64,000 bases of DNA. Source: an uncultured Gemmatimonadales bacterium. GTDB taxonomy: Bacteria; Gemmatimonadota; Gemmatimonadetes; Gemmatimonadales; GWC2-71-9. Numbering within the stretch: position 1 is the first letter of the stretch; every line of letters begins with the position of its first letter. The notes beneath the pieces were generated by a model, which saw only the letters and a list, made by a program, of their open reading frames with translations, was not told the origin of the DNA and did not search any database. Made by a program: the position numbers and the translations under genes. The DNA is taken from contig CAWHST010000004.1 of assembly GCA_963832055.1 (NCBI GenBank), positions 39,278 through 103,277 on the forward strand. Reading direction: 5' to 3'. Below, in pieces: positions 9,733-19,606 of this stretch.

Positions 9733-12000
9733 TTACACTGGCTCCGCCTGGTCCCTGGTCGACGCCGCGGCGTCGAGCATCTCGCGCACCTTGCGAGCGA
9801 GATCTCGCGGCGTGCACGGCTTCTGGAGAAACGGTTGTCCCTGCTCGAGCAACCCGCGACGGATCACGTCCTCGTCCACGAAGGCCGAGGTGAAGAGGAC
9901 GGGGAGCCCGGGGCGAAGGAGGGCCAACCGATCGCCCAATCCTCCGCCGCTCATTCCCGGCATCACCACGTCGGTGATGACCAGATCGATCCCGTGCTCC
10001 TCCTGCTCCAGCAGACGAAGAGCCTCCTCGGCATTCCGCGCTTCGCGACAGCGGTAGCCGTGGCTTCGCAAGGCGCGTACGGCGAGCGCCCGTACCAGGG
10101 CCTCGTCTTCCACGATCAGCACCGTTTCGCTGCCTCCCTCGACCTCGGGGAGACCGATCGTCTCGGCAAACGGCTCCGGCTCTCTGGGCACCTCGGGCCA
10201 ATACACCTCGATGGTGGTGCCCCGACCCGGCTCCGAGGTTGCCCACACGAACCCGCCGCTTTGCTTGGCCGCGCCGTACACGGATGAGAGCCCCAGGCCC
10301 GTGCCCTGCCCGGGCGGCTTGGTCGTGAAGAACGGCTCCCAGATACGCTGCAGGGTGGCTGCCGCCATGCCATGGCCCGTGTCGGTCACGGCCAGCATCG
10401 TGAATCTGCCGATCGGCGTGGTGTCGCCGACCTGCCGCGACGCGGGTGAGCCGGGCTCGAACCGGACCGTCTTGGTCTCGATGGTGACCCGACCGCCCTG
10501 GGGCAGTGCGTCCCGGGCATTGAGCACCAGGTTCATCAGCGTCTGCTCGATCTGGCGCGGGTCGGCGAACACGACGCCCCGGTCCGACGCAAGCTGCAGG
10601 ACGAGCTCGATGTTCTCGCCCAGGATCGAGGGGAGCAGGCCCCCGGCGCGCCGCACCACCGCATCGATGTCCAGCAGCCGCGGCTGAATCAGCTCGCGCC
10701 GCGCGAAGGCCAGAAGCTGGCGGGTCAGGCCGGCCGACCGGTCGGCGGCCAGCGAGATCTGCTCCACGTCCACCCGCCTGGGGTCGTCGGGATCCAGGCT
10801 CCGATTCAGAAACTCACTGAATCCCAGAATCGCGGTGAGCATGTTGTTGAGGTCGTGCGCGATGCCGCCGGCGAGCCGACCGACCGCCTCCAGCCGCATG
10901 CCCTCCTGGAGGTGCTCCTCGGTGCGGCGCCGCTCCGTCAGGTCGAGCATGACCCCCGCCATGTGCAGCGGCTCGCCCGTTGCCGCGTCGACGGTGCACC
11001 GGCCGACGGCCATGATCCAATGGGTGCTGCCGTCGGGCCAGATCACCCGGCACTCCACCGAGAGCGGCGACCGGTCGCGCACGGCGTGGTCCCAGCGATT
11101 CCCGGTGGCCTCGCGGTCCTCCGGGTGGATCGCCTCCAGCCAGGCGGGGTGACTCACGGTGGCCCCCGCGAGCAGCCCGAAGTGCGCCTTTGCCCGCGCA
11201 TCCCACCGCATCTCGCCGGTGGCGAGCTCGTACTCCCAGGTCCCCAGGCCACCGGCTTCGAGCGCCAACTCCAGCGCCTCCTGGTTCCGGCGAAGCTGCT
11301 CCGTGGCGTGCTTGCTCTGGGAGAGATCGCGCAGCCGCTCGGAGAAGCCGAGCAGCCGGCCCTCGCGGTCGGTCACGCGGGTCAGTGACATCGAGGCCCA
11401 GAACCGGCTGCCGTCCTTCCGGACGACCCACCGCTCCGAGCCGGCCTGGCCGCGCTCGGCGGCTTCAGCGAAGTCTCGCTCCGGCGCGCCCGCCTCGCGG
11501 TCTTCCGCGGTGTAGAGGTCCGCGGCCGAGATTCGGAGAAAGTCGAACTTGTCGTAGCCCAGGACCCGTCGCACACCGGAGTGCCAACTCGTCGGCTTGC
11601 CCTTGGCGTCCAGCAGGAAGATGGAGTAACCCTGGGTCTGATCGAGCGGTGTCCGGTACCGTTCCTCAGGGTGAGGAGGCACCTCCTCGGTGGGCTGCCG
11701 CCCCAGCAGGTCCCGCTCGAGCTGGTCGGCTCTGGCCGTGGCCTGACGAGCGGCGGCCCTGGCCCGGCGCAGAGCGCGCCACTGCGCTCCCGCCAGGCAG
11801 ACGATCACGATGGCGGTCAGCACGTAGAGCGCCAACCCGAGAGGAGTGGGACCGCCGGCAAGCGGGAGGGTCACGGGGGAGGCGGAGAGGCCAGGAATAC
11901 CGCGGCGAGGCGTTTCACTCCAGCCTCCGTCACCAACTGTGCAGCGAAAGGGGGAGGGCAGCCGCGGGTATTCGACCCTGACCCACCCGACGACTACCAC
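9733..12000 (-). CDS. hybrid sensor histidine kinase (TM, PAS domains, HisKA/HATPase, C-terminal receiver)
   Basis: Intact 755-aa ORF. H-box AGGIAHDLNNMLTAILGF; ATPase motifs NLVLNARDA, DTGHGM, GTGLGLS; receiver VLIVEDE..DLVITDVVMPGMSG..K. PAS-like repeats with WxxxGxxxW strings. Start uncertain (GTG 12000 or an internal GTG). Confidence 0.9.
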   Translation of the reverse strand: MVVVGWVRVEYPRLPSPFRCTVGDGGWSETPRRGIPGLSASPVTLPLAGGPTPLGLALYVLTAIVIVCLAGAQWRALRRARAAARQATARADQLERDLLGRQPTEEVPPHPEERYRTPLDQTQGYSIFLLDAKGKPTSWHSGVRRVLGYDKFDFLRISAADLYTAEDREAGAPERDFAEAAERGQAGSERWVVRKDGSRFWASMSLTRVTDREGRLLGFSERLRDLSQSKHATEQLRRNQEALELALEAGGLGTWEYELATGEMRWDARAKAHFGLLAGATVSHPAWLEAIHPEDREATGNRWDHAVRDRSPLSVECRVIWPDGSTHWIMAVGRCTVDAATGEPLHMAGVMLDLTERRRTEEHLQEGMRLEAVGRLAGGIAHDLNNMLTAILGFSEFLNRSLDPDDPRRVDVEQISLAADRSAGLTRQLLAFARRELIQPRLLDIDAVVRRAGGLLPSILGENIELVLQLASDRGVVFADPRQIEQTLMNLVLNARDALPQGGRVTIETKTVRFEPGSPASRQVGDTTPIGRFTMLAVTDTGHGMAAATLQRIWEPFFTTKPPGQGTGLGLSSVYGAAKQSGGFVWATSEPGRGTTIEVYWPEVPREPEPFAETIGLPEVEGGSETVLIVEDEALVRALAVRALRSHGYRCREARNAEEALRLLEQEEHGIDLVITDVVMPGMSGGGLGDRLALLRPGLPVLFTSAFVDEDVIRRGLLEQGQPFLQKPCTPRDLARKVREMLDAAASTRDQAEPV

Positions 12001-12025
12001 ATATTAGGCCGACCTCACTCCGCCA

Positions 12026-13269
12026 TCAATCCTCTATCCGATCCGAGCGCGCATTCTCCCGTCGGGCGAGGACCAGAAACGGCATCGCCACCAGCTGAAT
12101 GCCCGCGCTCAAGACGTAGGCCGACGGATAGCCCCAGACATCGGCCGCCCGGCCCAACGCGGGCTGCGCCACCACGCCGCCGGCGGAGGCCATCAGGTTG
12201 TCGAACGAGAGGACCGTCGCTCGCTGTTGGGAGGGAATGATGCCGTTCAGGTACGCCTGCCGAATCGGGACGCCGGCGGAGAACGTGCAATCCCCACACC
12301 ACCAGGAGGGCGATCGCCACCCAGAAGCTCGAGGTCAAGCCGATCAAGCGCGAGGCAGGCGACCCCGATCAGCGAGGCCAGCATGAGCACATGGGTCCGG
12401 CGGGAAAACCAGCGGCGCGCCCGCGGCACGATCAGCCCCGCGATCATCTCGGTTCCGGCGACGATGGCCGCGGCCAGCCCCGCGATCCCGAAGGCGCGCG
12501 TATCGCCGTACAGCTCCAACAGATACGGCTGGAGGGCATAGAAGGCGAAGATGTCCACTCCCCCGGCGCACAGCGCGGCCAGCATCAGCCAGCGCACCGG
12601 TGGATTTCGCCATCCGTGGTCGAGTGAGGCCTGCACCACGCCCTTGATCTCAGCCACCGCGCTCTTGCTCCGGTCGGGCGAGAACCCGAGATCCTTCATC
12701 AGGAAGAAGGCCGCGACGAGGGTGAGTGCCAGGAGCGCCGACCGGATGACGTACGGCACGCCCAGGTCGGTCACCTGGGCGATGTAGCCGCCCGCGACCG
12801 AGCCGGTGAGCATGGCGGCGCCGCTCACGACCTGACCTCGGGCCATCACCGATTCGAGGCTCTCCTTGAAGCCGCTGAAGGCCAGGGCGTCCACCAGCCA
12901 CGCCTCGGTCGCGCCGGAGAAGAAGGTGAATCCCAGGCCGAGGAGGATGGAGGCGATGGCCCAGCCCCAGAGCGGTGCGTGCATCTTCCACATGGCCAGG
13001 TACAGGAGGGTCGAGAGGAGCAGGGTGGCGGCGCCGAGCAGGTAGGACACGCGTCTGCCCCACATGTCCGCCAGGACGCCGGTGGGGACCTCGAAGATCA
13101 CCATGCCCGCCGTGAAGAACGCGTTGGCGGCGAAGGCCTCGGCGTTGTTGAGGCCGGCGTCGAGCAGGAACAGGGTGTTGATCCCCCAGATGAACGAGGC
13201 CGCCAGGGTCGACAGCAGCGTCAGCAGGAGGTAGGTGCGCTGCACCCGGCGGGCCTGGAGGTTCATCAC
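12026..13269 (-). CDS. MFS transporter (frame corrections in the last ~300 nt)
   Basis: ORF 12247..13269 shows 10+ TM segments and the MFS motif VLADMWGRRVSY. It continues in ORF 12015..12347 (LIGLTSSFWVAIALLVVWG) and in a third frame to ...ARRENARSDRIED, ending at TGA 12026-12028 (my hand translation). Confidence 0.75.
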
Positions 13270-13329
13270 TCGCTCCCTTTCGGATCACCGGCAACGTCAC
13301 CGGCTCCGGCCGGCCCGGCAAGGCCCGCC

Positions 13330-13414
13330 CTGTCATCCCGAACAAAGCGAGGGATCTTGCCCGAAGTGGTTCGAACCACTCAAAGGCAAGATCCCTCGCT
13401 TCGCTCGGGATGAC
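13330..13414. repeat. palindromic GC-rich element, copy B
   Basis: ctgtcatcccgaacaaagcgagggatcttgcc...ggcaagatccctcgcttcgctcgggatgac. It lies between the PP2C stop (13422) and the MFS start (13269). Confidence 0.85.
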
Positions 13415-13421
13415 CGGGGTG

Positions 13422-14348
13422 TTATCCCTCTTTGGGCACCGCCCGCCGCACGACCACCGTGATGTTGTCGCGGCCACCGCCGTCGAGCGCGTCCTGCAAC
13501 AGGGCCTCGCACACCTGTCTGGCCGACGTCATCGAGCGCAGCCGCTCCCGGATCCGCTCGTCCGGCACGTGGCAGGTGAGCCCGTCGCTGCACAGCAGCA
13601 CGACGGTGTCCCAGTCCAGGCCGATCCGGGTGACCGCCGGCGCGGTCTGCCTCCCGCCGATGGAGCTCGACAGCGTGTGCTCGTACCGGGTGCCCGACGC
13701 GTCGGCCCGGGTCAGCACGCCGAGATCGATCAGCTCCTGGGCCATGGTCTGGTCGCGGGTGATCTGGGTCAGCTCGCCGCCCCGGAGCAGGTAGCACCGG
13801 CTGTCGCCCACCTGGAGCAGGTAGGCCCTCGGCCAGGCGCCGAGGTACAGGGTGAGGGTCGTGGCCATGCCGCGATAGTCGGGCTCTTCCTCGCCCCGCC
13901 GCACCAGATCGGCGTGGCATTGGAGCGCCCCTTCCTGGAGCGCCTGGAAGATCTCGTGGTCGTCGGACGAGCCGGCGGCATAGTAGCAGCGCATGCTGCC
14001 CGACATGTATCGGGCCGCTCCCTCGAGCGCGATCCGGCTGGCCTCGGCGCCTTTGGTGCCGCCGCCGACGCCGTCGGCCACCATCATCAGCAGGCCGACC
14101 CGCTCGCTCTCACCCATCAGCTGGTCGGGCTCCGGCAGACTGGTGAGCTGAACCACGGTCTGCCGCCGCAGCGCGCAGACCAGGAAATGGTCCTGGTTGT
14201 CGGTACGGATTTTCCCGGGATGGGTGAGTCCGTAGATGTCGATCTCGTCGTCCCGGGGCTTTCGGTCGGGGGCGGTGGGGGGAGCGGTCAACTGCTGTGG
14301 GGTCATCGGGGCCTCCTGTGCGCAGGGGCCAGAGGGGTTCTCTGTCAA
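13422..14348 (-). CDS. PP2C-family Ser/Thr protein phosphatase (paralogue 1)
   Basis: Intact ORF. Strings GLTHPGKIRTDNQDHF, MMVADGVGGG, GMATTLT, VGDSRCYLLR, LLCSDGL, GGRDNITVVV. The true start may be the internal ATG at 14306 (MTPQQL..). Confidence 0.9.
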   Translation of the reverse strand: MTENPSGPCAQEAPMTPQQLTAPPTAPDRKPRDDEIDIYGLTHPGKIRTDNQDHFLVCALRRQTVVQLTSLPEPDQLMGESERVGLLMMVADGVGGGTKGAEASRIALEGAARYMSGSMRCYYAAGSSDDHEIFQALQEGALQCHADLVRRGEEEPDYRGMATTLTLYLGAWPRAYLLQVGDSRCYLLRGGELTQITRDQTMAQELIDLGVLTRADASGTRYEHTLSSSIGGRQTAPAVTRIGLDWDTVVLLCSDGLTCHVPDERIRERLRSMTSARQVCEALLQDALDGGGRDNITVVVRRAVPKEG

Positions 14349-14386
14349 GATGGCGTGCTGAACCGCCCCTGGCTAGGAGTGAGCGT

Positions 14387-15910
14387 TCAGGTGCTGGGCC
14401 GTCCGCAGCTCCCGCCCCCGGCCAGCTCGGGCTCCCGTTGCCGCATCAGCGCCTCGATCTCGGGGATCTCCCGCGGCACCCCGTCCGAAAGCCACTCGAG
14501 GCCCGCCGCGGTCAGCGCATAGTCGTCCTCGATGCGCACGCCGATGTTCTTGTACTTCTCGACCGCCGGCCGGACCTTCGCCAGCATCGCCCGATTCTTC
14601 GGCGTGTCGGGCAGGCTCCGGAGCAGTTCCGGGCTGACGTAGAGCGCCGGGCTCGACGGTGAAGACGTCTCCCGCCCCGAATTCATGCGCCTCCTCGTAG
14701 TACTGCGCCGGGTCGTGCACCTCGACCCCGATGCCGTGCCCTCCGAAGCCATGGATGGCGTAGAGTCGGCTCTGGATGCAGCCGCCGCGCGGACACTCCA
14801 TCCCCGCCGGCGGGTCGAAGGTCGCGTCTGCCGACTCGAATCAGTCCCAGCCGAAGCAGGCCCTTGGCGACGACCGCCTTGCCGGAGTCGTCGGCGACCA
14901 GGTAGCTCACGCCGGGCCTGATCTGGCGCACGAACGCTTCCTGCGCGTCGCGGACGATCCGGTAGATGTCGCGCTGCTCGGGGCTGAACCGGCCGTTCAC
15001 GGGGAGGGTGCGGGTCACGTCCGCCGAGTAGTGGGCGAAGGAGGCGGCGGCATCGATGAGCAGCAGCTCGCCGTCGCGCATGACGCGGTTGTCCTCCATG
15101 TAATGCAGTATGGTGGCGTTGGGACCCGAGCCGACGATGCTTCCGTATCCCGGCCGGTCTCCACCGAGCCGGCGGAAGGTCCCCTCGAGCAGCGCCTGGA
15201 TCTCGTTCTCCCCGCAGCCGGGCGCGGTCGCCTTCATCGCCTCCCGGTGCCCCCTGACGCTGATCTCGACGGCCTTGCGAAGCAGGGCGATCTCGGCGGC
15301 ACTCTTCCTCGCCCGCAGCCGGCGCACCGCGTCGTCGAGAGAGTGCATCACCAGCCAGGGATGCGCGATCCGAAGCTGCGACAGGAAACGAGCGCCCCGG
15401 GTCAGCGAATCCGCTGCGGCGAAGTCGTCGGTCTGAACATCGGGGATGACGTAGAAGGGGAGTCCGCTGGTCGCGAGCGAGTCGATCGCGGGCCGAAGCT
15501 GCGCGATCTCGCGGCCCGCGATCCCGATCCTTCGCCTCGAGATCGGCGACCCGGGTTCGGGCACCGACCCAGCGCTCTTGGATGGCCTCGCGCGTCGGAA
15601 CGAACATCGTCGCCGTCAGAACGCCCTTGCGCTTCACCATCACCAGGGCCGCGTCGGTCTCGTTGAAGCCGGTCAGGTAGTAGAAGGCCGGCAGCTGGTA
15701 GAAGGTCGGCCAGAACACGACGGGCTCAACACCACCGAAGGCGACAACCACCCCGGAGTCGATTCGGGCGGTGAGCGCTTCACGGCGCGCCGCGTACTCA
15801 CCCTGGGCCACCTGAGCGTGGGCTTGCGAGGGAACGGCGCCCGCGGCCAGGAGCCCGGCGAGCAATGCGAGCGGGCCTCGAGAACACGATCGCGACACGA
15901 GTACCTCCAC
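14387..15910 (-). CDS. Xaa-Pro aminopeptidase (M24B, secreted) (frame corrections)
   Basis: Signal peptide (LALLAGLLAAGAVPSQAHAQ) and creatinase-like N-domain in ORF 14387..15910. Catalytic core in ORF 14683..15564 (GYGSIVGSGPNATILHY, LLLIDAAASFAHYSADVTRT). C-terminus in ORF 14373..14801 and the first frame (HGFGHGIGVEVHD.., GVRIEDDY). Confidence 0.8.
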   Translation of the reverse strand: MEVLVSRSCSRGPLALLAGLLAAGAVPSQAHAQVAQGEYAARREALTARIDSGVVVAFGGVEPVVFWPTFYQLPAFYYLTGFNETDAALVMVKRKGVLTATMFVPTREAIQERWVGARTRVADLEAKDRDRGPRDRAASARDRLARDQRTPLLRHPRCSDRRLRRSGFADPGRSFPVAASDRASLAGDALSRRRGAPAAGEEECRRDRPASQGRRDQRQGAPGGDEGDRARLRGERDPGAARGDLPPARWRPAGIRKHRRLGSQRHHTALHGGQPRHARRRAAAHRCRRLLRPLLGGRDPHPPRERPVQPRAARHLPDRPRRAGSVRAPDQARRELPGRRRLRQGGRRQGPASAGTDSSRQTRPSTRRRGWSVRAAAASRADSTPSMASEGTASGSRCTTRRSTTRRRMNSGRETSSPSSPALYVSPELLRSLPDTPKNRAMLAKVRPAVEKYKNIGVRIEDDYALTAAGLEWLSDGVPREIPEIEALMRQREPELAGGGSCGRPST

Positions 15911-16020
15911 TCATCGAGGCGGTGTGCGGCGGGACGGCAAGAACGGCGACAGGTTAGTGTGCAGCATTCCGGCGTAGCGCACAAGATTGTAGGTTACCTC
16001 AACCAATCGCCCTGCGAGCA

Positions 16021-17679
16021 ATGCACCGACGAGACTTCCTGCAGTTGACCGGCCTCGCCGCCGGCGCAGTCGCGTTCCCCCTGACCCGGGGGACTCGGCT
16101 GCTGCCCGGCTGGGATGGCGCGCTCACGCCTATTCCGTCGGCGGACAAGCGACAGCTCGCCGACGCCGCGCTGGAGGCCGCGCGAGCCGCCGGCGCCACC
16201 TACGCCGACGTGCGCATCGGCCGCTACCTGAACCAGTTCGTGATCACCCGCGAGAACAAGATCCAGAACATCACCAACGCCGAGTCCTACGGCGTCGGCA
16301 TCCGGGTCCTGGCCGACGGCGCCTGGGGCTTCGCCGCGACCAGCCAGGTCACCACCGACGCGGTCGCCCGCGCCGCCCGGGACGCGGTCGCGATCGCCAA
16401 GGCCAACGCCAAGCTCCAGTCGGAGCCGGTGCAGCTCGCGCCGCAGAAGGGCGTCGGCGAGGTCTCCTGGCGGACCCCGATCGAGAAGAACGCGTTCGAG
16501 GTGCCGGTCCAGGAGAAGGTCGACCTGCTGATCACGGCGGCAACGCCGCGGCGCTGAAGAGCGGCGCCAAGTTCGTCAACTCGGGCTCCCTGTTCCTGGT
16601 CAACGAGCAGAAGTACTTCGCCTCGACCGACGGCTCCTACATCGACCAGGACATGCACCGCATCTGGCCGTACTTCGTCGCCACGGCCGTCGACTCGGCA
16701 GCGGCAAGTTCGAGAACCGCGACGCGCTGTCGCGCGCCGATGGGGATGGGCTGGGAGTACTCGTCGCCCAATCGGGCCGGGAAGCTCTCGGGCCCAGGCG
16801 AGACCGTGGTGAAGCTGTACGGGAAGTCCTACGACATGGTGGAGGACGCCGCCGCAGGCCGGCCGCCAGGCGCGGGAGAAGCTCAAGGCCCGCTCGGTCG
16901 AGGCCGGCCGGTACGACCTGGTGCTCGACCCCAGCCACCTCTGGCTCACGATCCACGAGTCGGTCGGCCATCCGCTCGAGCTCGACCGCGTGCTGGGCTA
17001 CGAGGCCAACTACGCCGGCACCAGCTTCGCCACGCTCGACAAGTGGCAGAGCAAATCGTTCAAGTACGGCAGCGACCAGGTCAACTTCGTCGCCGACAAG
17101 ACTCAGCCCGGCTCGCTGGGCGCCGTCGGGCTACGACGACGAAGGCGTCAAGACCAAGCGCTGGGACCTGATCAAGGACGGCATCCTGGTCGAACTACCA
17201 GGCGATCCGCGACCAGGCGCACATCCTCGGCCAGACCGAGTCGCACGGCTGCTGCTACGCCGACTGCTGGAGCTCGCGTGCAGTTCCAGCGCATGCCCAA
17301 CGTCTCGCTGAAGCCCGGGCAAGGCGCAGCTGACGCCGGAGCAGATGATCGCCGACGTCGAGCACGGGCATCTACATCGTCGGCGACGGCTCCTACTCGA
17401 TCGACCAGCAGCGCTACAACTTCCAGTTCGGCGGCCAGCTGTTCTACGAGATCAAGGAACGGCAAGATCGCCGGCATGCTGCGCGACGTGGCCTACCAGT
17501 CGAACACCCAGGAATTCTGGAACTCCTGCGTCGCCGTCTGCGACGACCGCGACTACCGGCTCGGCGGCTCGTTCTTCGACGGCAAGGGCCAGCCGCCGCA
17601 GTCCAGCGCGGTCTCGCACGGGTGCTCGACCACCCGCTTCAACGGCGTCAACGTCATCAACACGGCGACGAAGATCTGA
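16021..17679 (+). CDS. TldD-family metalloprotease with Tat signal (many frame corrections)
   Basis: Twin-arginine leader MHRRDFLQLTGLAAGAVAF. Strings YADVRIGRY, GVGIRVLADGAWGFA, HESVGHPLELDRVLGYEANYAGTSF (HExxxH), and a C-terminus GSFFDGKGQP..HGCSTTRFNGVNVINT. The pieces are spread over ORFs 16021.., 16653.., 16921.. and 17345... Confidence 0.8.
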
Positions 17680-19016
17680 TGCCTCCTTACTCCGAAGCCG
17701 ACGCGCGGGCGCTCCTGGAGCAGGTCCTGGCGCGGTCCAAGGCCGAAGGGTGCGAGGCACTGCTCCAGGCGAGCCGGAGCGGCAACATCCGCTTCGCGCG
17801 GAACGCGGTGAGCACCAGCGGTGTGATCGAGGACGCGTCCTTGGTCATCCGGTCGCGCTACGGCCTGCGGCTGGGCACGGCAACCGTCAACGAATTCGAC
17901 GACGAGAGTCTCACGCGGACGGTCCGGCTCACCGAGGAGCTCGCCCGGCTCGCGCCCGCCGACCCGGAGTTCCAGCCGCTGCTGGAGCCGCAGCAATACT
18001 CCCGCTCCCCCGGCGCTGGGTGGATGCGACCGCCGCGGTCAGTCCCGGGTTCCGGGCCGAGGCCGCCGCCCACAGCATCGAGAAGGCCAAGGCGAGCGGC
18101 TGCGTCGCCGCGGGCTACCTCACCGACTCGGCCAACTGGAGGGCGCTGCTCAACAGCAGGGGCACGTTCGGCTACTTCGCCGATACCGGCGCCACCTACA
18201 GCGTCACCGCTCGGACCGAGAGCGGTGACGGCTCGGGGTGGGGCGGCCAGGACATGAACGATATCGCCCGGCTCGATTCCGAGGGGACGGCCGGGATCGC
18301 CAGCGAGAAGGCGGCCGCCAGCCGGAACGTGCGCGCCCTCGAGCCGGGCAAGTACACCGTCATTCTGGAGCCGGCGGCCTCGGTCGACCTGGTCCAGCAA
18401 CTGGTGCTCGACAACAGCGCTCGGGCGGCGGAGGAAGGTCGCAGCTTTCTCAGCAAGCCAGGCGGCGGCACCAAGGCGGGTCAGAAGATGCTGGACGAGC
18501 GGGTCACGATCTATTCCGACCCCGCGAGCGCCGACGTACCGTGTACCCCGTGGGACGACGAGGGGCTCGCCCGCGACGCGCACGGTGTGGATCGACAAAG
18601 GCATCGTCCGCACGCTGGGGTACCCGCGGTACTGGGCCAAGAAGCAAGGGCGAACTCCGGTGGCGGTGCCGGGAAACTTGGTCATGGAGGGCGGAGATCA
18701 GTCGCTGGAGGATCTTATCCGGGGCACCGAGCGGGGCGTGCTGGTGACCCGAACCTGGTACCTCCGCATGGTCGATCCGCAGACCCTGCTCTACACCGGC
18801 CTCACCCGCGATGGCACCTTCTACGTGGAACGCGGGCGCATCACGTACGCGATCAAGAATTTCCGATTCAACGAATCGCCGGTGATCATGCTCAACAACC
18901 TGGATGCGCTGGGGCGGCCGGCGCGGGTGCAGAGCGCCCAGACGCAGGGGAGGGTGATGATCCCGCCGATGCGAATCCGCGACTTCACCTTCAGCAGCCT
19001 GTCCGACGCGGTCTGA
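17679..19016 (+). CDS. PmbA/TldE-family protease partner (frame corrections)
   Basis: ATG 17679 overlaps the TldD TGA (TGATG). ORF 17622.. (RNAVSTSGVIEDASLVIRS), ORF 17345.. middle part (YTVILEPAASVDLVQ.., EGRSFLS), ORF 18585..19016 (GVLVTRTWYLRMVDPQTLLYTGLTRDGTFYVERG). Confidence 0.8.
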
Positions 19017-19048
19017 CGCGAGCGGCGAGCGAGTTCTCCGGAGGTCTC

Positions 19049-19606
19049 ATGATCCTCGCGCTCGTGGTCCTCCTCGCGCTCGCCGCCCTCGTCGCGCTCA
19101 CCTACAACAGCCTGGCCCGGCTCCGCCTGCTCGCCTCCAACGCCTGGGCGGACATCGACGTCCAGCTCAAGCGCCGGCACGACCTGATCCCCACTCTGGT
19201 CGCCACGGTGAAGGGACACGCGGGCTATGAGAAGGGCACGCTCGAATCCGTGGTCCAGGCCCGCAACCGCGCCGCGAGCGCCGGTGGCCCCGCCGCGGCG
19301 GGCGCCGCCGAAGGAGAGCTGGCGAGCTCGGTGCGGCAGATCTTCGCCCTGGCCGAGGCGTACCCCGACCTCAAGGCCGCGGAGAGCTTCCTCTCGCTGC
19401 AGCGAAGTCTCACCGAGATCGAGGACCACATCCAGAATGCCCGCCGCTATTACAACGCTGTGGTACGCGACTTCAATACCAAGATCGCGCAGTTTCCGTC
19501 GAACCTGATCGCCGGGGCACTCGGCTTTCGCCCGCGGGAGTTCTTCGGCTTGAGCGATTCCGCGGAGCAGGCCCCGCCGGCGGTAGACCTGGGGGGCGGC
19601 CGATGA
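19049..19606 (+). CDS. lemA: LemA family protein
   Basis: ATG 19049 preceded by GGAGG. N-terminal TM, then YNSLARLR..NAWADIDVQLKRRHDLIP.., RYYNAVVRDFNTKIAQFPSNLIA. Overlaps the next gene (ATGA at 19603-19606). Confidence 0.9.
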   Translation: MILALVVLLALAALVALTYNSLARLRLLASNAWADIDVQLKRRHDLIPTLVATVKGHAGYEKGTLESVVQARNRAASAGGPAAAGAAEGELASSVRQIFALAEAYPDLKAAESFLSLQRSLTEIEDHIQNARRYYNAVVRDFNTKIAQFPSNLIAGALGFRPREFFGLSDSAEQAPPAVDLGGGR

